DNA of 64,000 nucleotides from assembly GCA_016872605.1 (NCBI GenBank), contig VGZI01000002.1, positions 8,089 to 72,088 of the forward strand, written 5' to 3'. Positions 44,300 to 53,380 of the stretch are shown piece after piece. How positions within the stretch are numbered: position 1 is the first letter of the stretch; each line of letters begins with the position of its first letter. The DNA is from Planctomycetota bacterium (GTDB lineage: Bacteria > Planctomycetota > Planctomycetia > Gemmatales > Gemmataceae). Both the position numbers and the translations under genes were made by a program. The notes under the pieces are model-generated. The model worked only from the letters and a program-made list of their open reading frames with translations, was not told where the DNA came from and made no database searches.

Positions 44300-44369
44300 G
44301 CCACGCCTCGAAGAGGCGGGCGTCATCGAATCCGCGCTGTTCACCCGCCTCTTTGAGGCGGGGCAAAAC
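44300..44369. repeat. Two CGCCTC-GAGGCG mini-hairpins ending in GGCAAAAC (same family as 57417)
   Basis: CGCCTC GAA GAGGCG at 44304-44318, and CCCGCCTC TTT GAGGCGGG GCAAAAC at 44344-44369. Confidence 0.6.
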
Positions 44370-44381
44370 GGTCACTATCTT

Positions 44382-45272
44382 ATGCCGACTTATCTCAATC
44401 CTGAAGTCATCGCCAAGGCGCAAGCGCTCGGCATGAAGGCTCGGTCCGTTGTCGAAGGCTTGCGCGTCGGCGATCACAAGAGCCCGTATCGTGGGTTTTC
44501 CGTCGAGTTCGTGCAGCACCGCGAGTATGTGCCGGGCGACGACATCCGGCACATCGACTGGAAGGGCTATGGCCGCAGCGAGCGTTATACGATCAAGCAG
44601 TACGAGCAAGAGACGAACTTCACGGCCCACCTGATGCTCGACGCCAGCAAGTCGATGCTGTATGGCGCCGGGGATACCAACAAACTCGAGTACGCCAAGA
44701 CGTTGACGGCGGCGCTGGCGTTTCTGATCGTGCATCAGCGCGATAGCGTGGCGCTGGACATCTTCGATTCGCAATGGCGCGATCGGCTGCCGGCGAGCGG
44801 CCAAATGGGGCATGTGCAGACGATCTTGAACACGCTGGTGTCGGTGCAGCCGAACGAGAAGAACACGATGGGGCCGCTGTTGCACGACATCGCTACGCAA
44901 GTGCGCCGGCGTGGGCTGTTCTTCCTGATCTCCGATTGCTTCGACGACGTGGAGTCGATCCTCGGCGGATTGCAGCACCTGCGCTTCGGCGGGCATGAAG
45001 TCGTTGTGTTCCACATTCTCCATCCCGACGAGATTGATTTTCCGTTCAATGGCATGGTCAAGTTCGACGGCATGGAGGAAAAGCTGCATGTGTTGACTCG
45101 CCCGCAACTTGTGAGACCGACCTACTTGCAGGCACTCGAAAAGTACTTGAAGGAACTGCAGGAAGGTTGCGAACGGAATCGCTGCGATTATGTTTTGATG
45201 AACACCGGCAAGCCGCTGGCGGAGACATTAACGGCGTACCTGGCGAAGCGTTTGAAGACGAGGATTAAATAG
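44382..45272 (+). CDS. DUF58-domain protein (VWA-like partner of MoxR)
   Basis: HKSPYRGFSVEFVQHREYVPGDDIRHIDWK and LDASKSM. Start at MPTYLNPE. Confidence 0.88.
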   Translation: MPTYLNPEVIAKAQALGMKARSVVEGLRVGDHKSPYRGFSVEFVQHREYVPGDDIRHIDWKGYGRSERYTIKQYEQETNFTAHLMLDASKSMLYGAGDTNKLEYAKTLTAALAFLIVHQRDSVALDIFDSQWRDRLPASGQMGHVQTILNTLVSVQPNEKNTMGPLLHDIATQVRRRGLFFLISDCFDDVESILGGLQHLRFGGHEVVVFHILHPDEIDFPFNGMVKFDGMEEKLHVLTRPQLVRPTYLQALEKYLKELQEGCERNRCDYVLMNTGKPLAETLTAYLAKRLKTRIK

Positions 45273-45333
45273 CGTTTAAGTTTTGCGCTTACATCGTGCC
45301 CTGCGAGCGCTAAACGTAAACGGCGGAGTTATC

Positions 45334-48039
45334 ATGGGTTTTCTGCTGCCCTACATGTTGTTCGGCTTGCTCGGCGCGGCGATACCGGTGCTCTTGCACT
45401 TTTTCTTCCGCACGCGCTATGAGACCGTGCCGTGGGCGGCGATGAAGTTCCTGCTCACCAGCGTCGAGCAGACCAGCCGGCGCCTCAAGTTTCAAGAATA
45501 CCTGCTGATGATCACGCGCATTGCGGTGCTCGTGTTCCTGGCGATCGCTCTGTCTCGGCCCGCCAATCTCACGGTGCTTGGCAGTTTTTGGTTCGTCGGC
45601 GCCGTCGTCATCAGCATCATCGCCGCGAGCTGGGTCCTTTCTCCGCTTTGGCAGGTCTCCGAATCGTCGAACGTAAACCTCGGCGTCTACGGCGTCAGTC
45701 AGTTCGTTTGGCTTGGCGTTTGTGCCGCGGCGTGGCTGCTCTTCATCTACGCGATTCCGTCGTCCATCTCCGAACGGCCGCGCGGTGCGGGGGACGCCGT
45801 CGATGCGACGTTCGTTTTTGACACGTCCATGAGCATGGGCGCCCGCGACGGCGACAAGAAGACGCGGCTCGATCGCGCCAAGGAACAGGCGCTGGCGCTC
45901 ATCGATAAGTTGCCCGCGCATTCGACCGTTCATGTGGTCACATGCGCGGGCAAGTCGAAGACTCTGGTCGGCCCGCACTCGCCGGAGGACGCGCGCAAAA
46001 GCATCGCAGCGGTGGAACAAACCCAGCTGGGGACCGATCTCTCCGTCGGCGTCGCCGAGGCGAAGCTCGCGCTGGCCCGCGGGCGGTCGCCCAGCAAGGA
46101 ACTCTACGTCTTCAGCGACATGCAGAAGATTGGCTTCGAACAGCGCACCGGAGAACTCAAAAAGCTTGTCAAGGATATCAAGGAAAACGACAAGGCCACG
46201 ATCCATTTCGTCCGCTGCGGCAATCGGGCGATTCGCAACGTCGCCATCGTCGGCGTCGAGCCGATCGGCGGCACGCCGCGCCCGGGCGACCGCGTCAACT
46301 TCTCAGTCCGCATCTACAACTCCGGCGCCGACCCGGTCGACAAGCTTGAAGTTTCGCTCATGATCGACGGGAACGAACGGACGCTCGAGAAGCAACCGTT
46401 GTCAAAACTCGACGGCAAAAAGACAACCTCGGTCACGCTCACCGGCAAGCTCGACAAGGCGGGGCTGCACGTCGTCACGGCTCGCGTCGGCCATGACGAT
46501 CTCGACGAGGACAATCGCTTCGATAAGGTCGTTTTGGTCCGCGATCAGATCAACATCCTTGTCGTGGACGGCAATCCGCACGAGCGCGAGCCGAACGCCG
46601 CGGTTCGCGCGTCGAGTTATTACTTGATGCACGCGCTGCAGCCGGTGCGCGATGATGATCGAGCGACTTACAAGTTCAATCCGCGGATCGTGCCGGCCCG
46701 TCTTGCAGCTCCTGCCATGTTGAATAACCAGCAGGTCTGCATCCTCGTCAACTGCGCCGTGCAACCGAAGCAAGGCGTCACCCCTTTGCATGCGGATTTC
46801 GTCAAAGCCCTGGGCAGTTTCGTCCGCAACGACGGACACGGCCTGATGGTCATCAGCGGCGACAACGTCGTTCCCGAAGCGTACAACGCCGTGCTCGGCA
46901 CGGCCCACGGGCTTCTGCCTCTCGCTTTGAAGTCCATCGTCAAGGCCAAGAAAGACGAGCCGTTCCTGATTAGCCGCAAGAGCTTCGGCAATGCTCCGCC
47001 GGCGTATGCGAACTTCAAAGATGATCTGCTTTACAAGAGCTTCGATCTGGTCGAAGTTTGGCAGCATGTCGAGGTCGACGAGAAAACGACGCCCGCGTGG
47101 CTCTTGGCCAAGAAGAAGGAAGATACGACCGATCCGGCAGCGGCCTTCACGAACGTCATCGTTCGGCTCGATCAGGGTAAAGCGCTGGCCGCAAGCCGAA
47201 AGATCGGCAAGGGCGAAGTGATCTTTTTCGGAACCGCGGCGCACGATGAAGGGTTCGATCCCAAAACGCTCGATCCAAATTGGACGAATATCAATCAACT
47301 GCCTCCGTTGTTCTTCTTTGTCGATACCTCGATCAATCATCTGATCGATGCTCACGCCGAGACCCACAAGTTTACCGCTGGGCAAAACGTGCGTTGGCAG
47401 CCAACAAAGAACGTGGACTCGAATCATGATCTGGTACATCCGAGCAAGGGCAAATCGCAGACGAAACTGCGGGAAGCTCTCACCGCCAGTGCGGCGGAGA
47501 TCGTCGTCGAAAACGCGGATGCAGTGGCGAATGAGGGGATCATCTATGTTGGAACGGAGCTGGTTCATTATGCTCGAAAATCGGACGCCGGGAAGCTCAC
47601 GAGCCTGACCCGTGCACTTGCCGGCACGCGAGCGATGGATTGGCCCAAGGGGACTGCGATAGAGACGGCCGAAGTTGTTCGCCTGGGCCGACCGGAGCGC
47701 TCAGGAAATCGATTTGCATTGCCATCGACCGAGTTGCGGCGGGCAGGCGTCTATCGGCTATTGGCCAGCTCCAACCTGATTGGGAAAAACACGGTCGGCG
47801 AGCCGATCGCTGTCACTCCCGACCCGACGGAGAGCGAGGATTTGACGCCGCTGACCGACCCGGAGATTGATCGAGCGCTCGGGGTGCAGTTGATCCATTT
47901 GCAGGCGGGCGCTCCCCAGACGGCGGCACACGCCGCGGAGTTGCGCGAAGACGAAGCGAAGATTTGGCCGCTGTTTTTGGTGATGGTGTTGATCGTCATG
48001 GAAGTAGCCTTGGCCTGGTGGTGCGGGCGATCGTGGTAA
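45334..48039 (+). CDS. BatA-like membrane protein (aerotolerance-regulator N-terminal domain plus VWA domain) with a long extracytoplasmic region and a C-terminal TM
   Basis: MGFLLPYMLFGLLGAAIPVLLHFF.., MIDAS FDTSMSMG, C-terminal WPLFLVMVLIVMEVALAWW. Confidence 0.8.
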   Translation: MGFLLPYMLFGLLGAAIPVLLHFFFRTRYETVPWAAMKFLLTSVEQTSRRLKFQEYLLMITRIAVLVFLAIALSRPANLTVLGSFWFVGAVVISIIAASWVLSPLWQVSESSNVNLGVYGVSQFVWLGVCAAAWLLFIYAIPSSISERPRGAGDAVDATFVFDTSMSMGARDGDKKTRLDRAKEQALALIDKLPAHSTVHVVTCAGKSKTLVGPHSPEDARKSIAAVEQTQLGTDLSVGVAEAKLALARGRSPSKELYVFSDMQKIGFEQRTGELKKLVKDIKENDKATIHFVRCGNRAIRNVAIVGVEPIGGTPRPGDRVNFSVRIYNSGADPVDKLEVSLMIDGNERTLEKQPLSKLDGKKTTSVTLTGKLDKAGLHVVTARVGHDDLDEDNRFDKVVLVRDQINILVVDGNPHEREPNAAVRASSYYLMHALQPVRDDDRATYKFNPRIVPARLAAPAMLNNQQVCILVNCAVQPKQGVTPLHADFVKALGSFVRNDGHGLMVISGDNVVPEAYNAVLGTAHGLLPLALKSIVKAKKDEPFLISRKSFGNAPPAYANFKDDLLYKSFDLVEVWQHVEVDEKTTPAWLLAKKKEDTTDPAAAFTNVIVRLDQGKALAASRKIGKGEVIFFGTAAHDEGFDPKTLDPNWTNINQLPPLFFFVDTSINHLIDAHAETHKFTAGQNVRWQPTKNVDSNHDLVHPSKGKSQTKLREALTASAAEIVVENADAVANEGIIYVGTELVHYARKSDAGKLTSLTRALAGTRAMDWPKGTAIETAEVVRLGRPERSGNRFALPSTELRRAGVYRLLASSNLIGKNTVGEPIAVTPDPTESEDLTPLTDPEIDRALGVQLIHLQAGAPQTAAHAAELREDEAKIWPLFLVMVLIVMEVALAWWCGRSW

Positions 48040-48048
48040 GCGTGAGTT

Positions 48049-48104
48049 CGTTTAGCGCCCGCGCGGCGCTGGTTTCGCGCTCGCGATAGGCGAGCGGCTA
48101 AACG
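48049..48104. repeat. Degenerate CGTTTAGC...GCTAAACG element
   Basis: The 8-bp terminal pairing CGTTTAGC/GCTAAACG encloses GC-rich partial palindromes. Confidence 0.5.
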
Positions 48105-48117
48105 GAATTGGATCCCT

Positions 48118-50649
48118 ATGAATTTCCTTCTTGATTGGCTGGCGATCACTCCCGAGAAAAACGCGCGGGTGACCACTGTCCACTGGGAGAGCCAATATCC
48201 AGCCATCGGCTGGATCATCGCGATCATCTTGTTCGCGCTGTTCGCCTGGGCGATGGTCGGCTTGTTTTACGCGTTCGAACGCGGCACGCTTGGCTGGTTC
48301 TCGCGGACGTTCCTCATCGGCCTGCGTTGGGGTATCCTGCTGATCATCGTTCTGTTGCTTTTGTTTCAGCCAAAGCTCGTGGCCAACTTCGAGGCGGAAC
48401 ATCCGGTCGGCGTCCTTTTGCTGATCGACAACAGTCAAAGCATGCAGCAACGCGATCGCCGGCTGAGCAATGCCGACAAGGCCCGCGTTGCGCTGGCGCT
48501 GGGCAGGTTGGAACTGAGCGACAAGGCGATTCAGGAGGAAGGGGCGATTCCGGCTGATTTGCCGAGCGATCTCTCGCGATTGGATTTGGTGGAAAAGATT
48601 CTTAGGCACAAGAAGCTTAACCTGATCCAAGGCCTGGAAAAGAAGGGCCCCTTGCGGAGCTACTATTTCGGCCACGATATCCGCGGGCTGAAAGACGACA
48701 AAAAGGACTCCGTAGAGAACATCCTCGGCGGCTTCAAGGCGGCGGAGAGCCGAACGGCACTGGCAGATTCGATCATCAAGATCGCCGAGGTCGGCGATGC
48801 TGAGGCGCCGGTGGCGATCGTGGTGATTACCGATGGGCAGGACAACGCCAGCAAATACACGCTGGAAGAGGCGGCGGAGAAGTGTCGGTTGCGCCGCATT
48901 CCGCTGCACATCTATGGTGTCGGCAGCACCGAAGGCGGCCTATTGGAGTTGAAAGAAGTCGGCGGCGCCACCGGGACCCTCTTTGCCGAGGATCAGGTCA
49001 CCGTCCCCGTTCGCTGGAAAGCGCAAGGGCTGAAAAAAGGCAAAGTCGAGATCACGCTCTCTTTGGGCGGCGAAACCGTCGGCAAGAAAGAGGTCGACGT
49101 CAAAGAAGGGGACGATTTGCGCGAAGAGTTCACCTTCCTCGTTCCGAAGAATCCGGACAAGAAAGAGACGCACGACCTTGTCGCGACGATCAAGTACAAA
49201 ACCGAGGCCGGCGTGCACGAAAAGACGTACGACGGCACGATGACGCGCAGCGTGCGCATCGATGATTCAAAGATCAAGATCCTCTACATCGAGAACCTGC
49301 CGCGCTGGGAGTTCAAATTCCTGCAGCCGGCGTTGTCCAATCGTTTCAAAAAGCGTTGCGAGGTCGATTTCATCCTGGTCAACGCAGCGCCCGAGGTCGC
49401 CAAGGGAGGGCCGCCGTATCTTCCCGCGTTCTTCGAAACGAAGGAAGCGTTCCTGGCCGCCAAGTACAATCTGATCATCCTGGGCGATGTCGCATCGACG
49501 TATTTCAACAAGGATCAGCAGGAGTGGATCAAGACGTTTGTCGAGAACGGCGGCGGCATGATCGTCATGGCGGGTCGGCAGAACATGCCCGCCAGCTACG
49601 ACGAGAAGTCGCCGATCGCCGAGATGCTGCCGATCGAGTATCGCAAGGAAAAGTTCGGCATCGATCAAGACAAGGCGACGGAGGAATACAAGCCGACACT
49701 GACGGACGCCGGCCAGCGCACCGATTGGCTATTCATGGGAGAGACGCCACCAGAGAGCACCGAAGTTTGGGAAAATAAGCTCGTCGGCTTCCATTGGAGC
49801 TATCCGGTGCAGAAGCTCAAGCCGGTCGCACAGGCGCTCATCGTCAATCCGCGCGTGCAGGTACCGGTCGATGGGAATACGACCCAGCCGATGCCGATCC
49901 TCGCCACCCACCTGTTCGGCAAGGGCCGCGTCGTTTGGCTCGGCACCGACGAAACCTGGCGCTGGCGCTGGAACCATCAGGACAAGTATTTCGACCGCTT
50001 CTGGGGTCAGCTCATCTACAAGCTCGGTTCGCCCAGCCTGTCCGGCAGCGGCATCGAGCGGACGCAGATCGCTCTCAATCGCTCCCAGGCGCTCGTCGGC
50101 TCCGAAAGCACTGTGTATGTCACGCTGCTCGACAAGGACTTCAATCCGCGCAAGGACTTGAAAGTCGAAGCGGAACTGGAGTACATGGACGCCAAGCAGG
50201 GCGACGCCAAGCGGCTGGTCACGCTGATCGCCAAGCTCAACGCCAAGGGGGAGCCGATCGGGCAGTACACGCTGACGGAACGGCACAATGACGCGGGCCG
50301 CTTTGAGCTGCGGATTCGCAATCCGGAGCAGCATACGTTCTCCTTCCGCGTCGATCTGCCGCCCAAACACGAGCTGGAGCAATCCGGGTTGGCCGAGAAG
50401 GCGCTGCGCGACGCGGCGAAATTGTCAGGCGGGAAGTTCTATCGCGAGGATCGCGGCGCCGGTACGCCGCCTAGCCATCACAGCATCAGCGAGCTCGTGA
50501 GCAGCTTGGAGTCGCGCACGGTCAAGTCGATCCCGCGGCCGCTTGAAGTGACGAAAGTCCGCTACGTGCTCGCCATGCTCGCTTTGTTCACGTTCCTGGC
50601 CGTTATTACCTTGGAATGGGTGATACGAAAGTTTTCTGATTTGAGTTGA
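48118..50649 (+). CDS. Membrane protein with a VWA-like domain and a large extracytoplasmic region (BatB-like)
   Basis: Two N-terminal TM helices, MIDAS-like LLIDNSQSM, an ILYIENLPRWEFKF segment, and a C-terminal TM. Confidence 0.7.
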   Translation: MNFLLDWLAITPEKNARVTTVHWESQYPAIGWIIAIILFALFAWAMVGLFYAFERGTLGWFSRTFLIGLRWGILLIIVLLLLFQPKLVANFEAEHPVGVLLLIDNSQSMQQRDRRLSNADKARVALALGRLELSDKAIQEEGAIPADLPSDLSRLDLVEKILRHKKLNLIQGLEKKGPLRSYYFGHDIRGLKDDKKDSVENILGGFKAAESRTALADSIIKIAEVGDAEAPVAIVVITDGQDNASKYTLEEAAEKCRLRRIPLHIYGVGSTEGGLLELKEVGGATGTLFAEDQVTVPVRWKAQGLKKGKVEITLSLGGETVGKKEVDVKEGDDLREEFTFLVPKNPDKKETHDLVATIKYKTEAGVHEKTYDGTMTRSVRIDDSKIKILYIENLPRWEFKFLQPALSNRFKKRCEVDFILVNAAPEVAKGGPPYLPAFFETKEAFLAAKYNLIILGDVASTYFNKDQQEWIKTFVENGGGMIVMAGRQNMPASYDEKSPIAEMLPIEYRKEKFGIDQDKATEEYKPTLTDAGQRTDWLFMGETPPESTEVWENKLVGFHWSYPVQKLKPVAQALIVNPRVQVPVDGNTTQPMPILATHLFGKGRVVWLGTDETWRWRWNHQDKYFDRFWGQLIYKLGSPSLSGSGIERTQIALNRSQALVGSESTVYVTLLDKDFNPRKDLKVEAELEYMDAKQGDAKRLVTLIAKLNAKGEPIGQYTLTERHNDAGRFELRIRNPEQHTFSFRVDLPPKHELEQSGLAEKALRDAAKLSGGKFYREDRGAGTPPSHHSISELVSSLESRTVKSIPRPLEVTKVRYVLAMLALFTFLAVITLEWVIRKFSDLS

Positions 50650-50655
50650 AGAAAA

Positions 50656-50762
50656 TTAACCAAAGAGGCACAGAGAGCACGGAGATAGAATTCATGGGCG
50701 AATGCCTGACTATGTCGATCAACGCTGTATTCTCTTTGTGCTCTCTGTGTCTCTGTGGTTAA
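50656..50762. repeat. Imperfect ~36-bp-arm inverted repeat (CACAGAGAGCAC family)
   Basis: TTAACCAAAGAGGCACAGAGAGCACGGAGATAGAAT pairs with GTATTCTCTTTGTGCTCTCTGTGTCTCTGTGGTTAA at about 30 of 36 positions. Confidence 0.7.
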
Positions 50763-50777
50763 TAAACTGGAAGAACC

Positions 50778-53057
50778 ATGGTTCCCGCTTCGATTACCGA
50801 CAACCTGGCAGGCTTGCGATACCGCGAACGGCTCCTCGTGCTCGCCTGGGGCGCGGCTTGCTGGCTGACGATCACGCTCGTCCTGTTGGCGATTTGCGCG
50901 TTCGTTGACTGGTTCATCGACCGCACCCGCGATACGCCGACGGGCGTTCGTCTCGGCATGTTCTTCGTTCAACTTTCCGTGGCCGGGCTCGGCGGCGTCC
51001 TGCTTCTGGCGTTGCCGCAAATCCGCTGGCTGCCCGATGCCATGCTCGCGCTGTGGGTCGAGGAGAAGGTCCACAAGTACGATCATCGGCTCATCTCGGC
51101 TGTGCAACTCAATGAGCCGAACGCGGACCTTGGGGGCATGTCGCGGGAACTGGTGGGCGTGGTCACGAAGGAAGCGGAACAGATCACGGACCAGGTTGGC
51201 AACTTTGCTCAGTTCGCCGATCATGCTCGCCTGGGCTGGGCGGCCGGCGTGTTGACGCCGGCGGTCGTGCTCCTGGCCATCCCCGTGCTGATTTGGCCGA
51301 GCGTTTGTTTCGCGTTGATCGCTCGTCAATTCATGCTGAACGTGGACATCCCGCATTCGGTGACGATCGTCAGCGTGTCGCCGCAGCATTGGCCGAGCGA
51401 CGAGGAGATACCGCTGCGGTTTCGCGTGACGGGCGAGGTCGATGAGAAAGCCGTCGGCACCGCGCAAATCGACGCCGATGGCATGGAGACTCGCGACGTG
51501 GAAATCCGCTTTATCCACCGCGACGCCAAGGGCGCCATTTTCGGCGCGGACATCAGCAAGTCGCCCGCCAAGGTGACGTACTCGGCTCGCCTGGGCGACG
51601 GTCGAACCAAATACGCCAGCGAAGTCAACATCGTCGAGCGGCCGATTGTCAAGGAAAACGTGGCGTATCTGCTCTTGCCTGGCTACTGCGGCCTGAAGGA
51701 GGCGGACGACAAGAAAGTGCCTATCGAGCAGCGCCGCTACGAAGTCAAGCAGCCGCAGGGTGAAGTGCAGGGCATCTACGGATCGAGCGTCCGGGTGCAG
51801 GCGCGAGTGCAAGACGGCGTGGAGATTCATGGGGCGTGGCTGGAGATTCTGGCCGCTGACTTCGAGCTCGGTCCGTATGTCTTCGAGAATATCGTCGAAA
51901 GGCGGCCGATGACGATCTCAAGCGATCGCCGATCGGTGAGTGCGTCGTTCGACCTCGCCGTATGGCAGGAGGCGTACCGCGTGATCGTGGAAGACCAGCA
52001 TCAGTTCGCGAACAAAACGCCGCAGACGCGCGAGCTGCGCCTCGTGACGGAGGAGAATCCGAGCGTCGTGCTGTTGCGGCATTCGTTCAGCGATGACACG
52101 TCGGCCGGCGGATTCGATCTCGATCCGCCGATTCCTCTTGGAGGCCGCATCCCGGTCCCGTATTTTGCCAGCCACCAGTACGGCATCGGCCGCGCGGAAC
52201 TTTTGTACCGTTTCAAGGAAAAGCACGACAGCGATAAAGCCGAAAAAAAGGAGAACGAGAAAAAAGACGGCGAGCAACTGAAAAACGGCGAGAAGGAAGA
52301 GGTGAAGGATCCGGAATGGACGCGCGTGCCCTTGCCCAGACTCGAGAGGACGCCCTATGCGATCGGCGCCATCAGCGAGGTGAAGGGCGTGGACGGCGAA
52401 TCAGCCACCGTAACGACGGTTCAACCGCATGGCCTGGTCTCCGACGAAGTCGTCGTGTTGCGCGACGTTGTGGGCTTGCCTGGCGCCAACCGAGCGTTTC
52501 CGATCAAGGTGCTCAACGCCACCCAGTTCGTGCTTGAACGCTCGCGCCTCGTCGGTACGGGCAAAGGCGGGCTCTTTGTCTGGGTGGCCGTTTTCGATGC
52601 CAAGACGGGCGTGTTTCGGCACACCAAGTTCGATCAGCAGGTTCCGTTCTATGCGGCTCCTTCACCCTTGGCCGATCAGCTGGGCCACGTCACTGGAGGC
52701 GGACGGTATTTTTTGGAAACGAAGGTAACGTACAAAAAAGATGATTTGGGCAACATCGTCAAGAACAAGGATGGCACGCCGATCATCGAACGCTACTCGC
52801 TAATCGACAGCAAGGGCAAGGGCATCGAACTTCAGGCGGGCGACCAGCTGCAGTATTGCGTTCGGGTGTACGCCGCCAACGATCCCGAGAGCCCGCGACC
52901 GCCTGGGATGCGCGTGCCGTTTGCCGAATCCGAGACGCGAATTGCCACCATGGTGCGTTTTGAGGAATTCGATGCTTTCTTGCGTGCCGCCCACGAAGAA
53001 GGCAAGCGCATCGAGCGATTGGAACTGGAACAATCCGGCGTCTTCGCTCCGAAGTAG
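50778..53057 (+). CDS. Membrane protein of unknown function in the Bat-like cluster
   Basis: N-terminal TM helices, a large soluble region, and an acidic/lysine-rich stretch DSDKAEKKENEKKDGEQ. Confidence 0.6.
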   Translation: MVPASITDNLAGLRYRERLLVLAWGAACWLTITLVLLAICAFVDWFIDRTRDTPTGVRLGMFFVQLSVAGLGGVLLLALPQIRWLPDAMLALWVEEKVHKYDHRLISAVQLNEPNADLGGMSRELVGVVTKEAEQITDQVGNFAQFADHARLGWAAGVLTPAVVLLAIPVLIWPSVCFALIARQFMLNVDIPHSVTIVSVSPQHWPSDEEIPLRFRVTGEVDEKAVGTAQIDADGMETRDVEIRFIHRDAKGAIFGADISKSPAKVTYSARLGDGRTKYASEVNIVERPIVKENVAYLLLPGYCGLKEADDKKVPIEQRRYEVKQPQGEVQGIYGSSVRVQARVQDGVEIHGAWLEILAADFELGPYVFENIVERRPMTISSDRRSVSASFDLAVWQEAYRVIVEDQHQFANKTPQTRELRLVTEENPSVVLLRHSFSDDTSAGGFDLDPPIPLGGRIPVPYFASHQYGIGRAELLYRFKEKHDSDKAEKKENEKKDGEQLKNGEKEEVKDPEWTRVPLPRLERTPYAIGAISEVKGVDGESATVTTVQPHGLVSDEVVVLRDVVGLPGANRAFPIKVLNATQFVLERSRLVGTGKGGLFVWVAVFDAKTGVFRHTKFDQQVPFYAAPSPLADQLGHVTGGGRYFLETKVTYKKDDLGNIVKNKDGTPIIERYSLIDSKGKGIELQAGDQLQYCVRVYAANDPESPRPPGMRVPFAESETRIATMVRFEEFDAFLRAAHEEGKRIERLELEQSGVFAPK

Positions 53058-53115
53058 CTCAGGCTTTCTAGCCTGACGGAATCTGCAAAAAGTCAGGTTA
53101 GAAGGCCTGACCTAC
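53054..53115. repeat. GGTCAGGC-family hairpin element overlapping the stop codon of the preceding gene
   Basis: GTAGCTCAGGC...GCCTGACCTAC with inner hairpins. The TAG at 53055-53057 is inside the left arm. Confidence 0.65.
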
Positions 53116-53380
53116 TAAAAAAGAGCGAAACTTCGGCCCCGTACTGGTGTTCAAGTGTTTTGGTGCAATGTGTTCACGTTTGGCGCTTGACTGGCCCTGG
53201 GTGGACGTAGCTCGTAAGTGGCAAAAACTTTGCGTTTTGCGCCGATTTGTCCGTGACCTGCGTGCAGAATTCCGGTATACTCGACTAGAATGAGGCTGAG
53301 CCTGCCGTTAATATCGGTCGTTCAGGATTGACGAATATCGCGAGGCCATCCGCCTTCGCACACCTTCTTGGGGGGAACTC

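Noticed and set aside
53058-53380. Possible small gene or ncRNA in the 320-nt lower-GC gap upstream of the giant protein gene
   Set aside because: I found no ORF with a start context and no recognisable RNA motif, only the GGTCAGGC-family hairpin and weak promoter-like hexamers. I left it unannotated.
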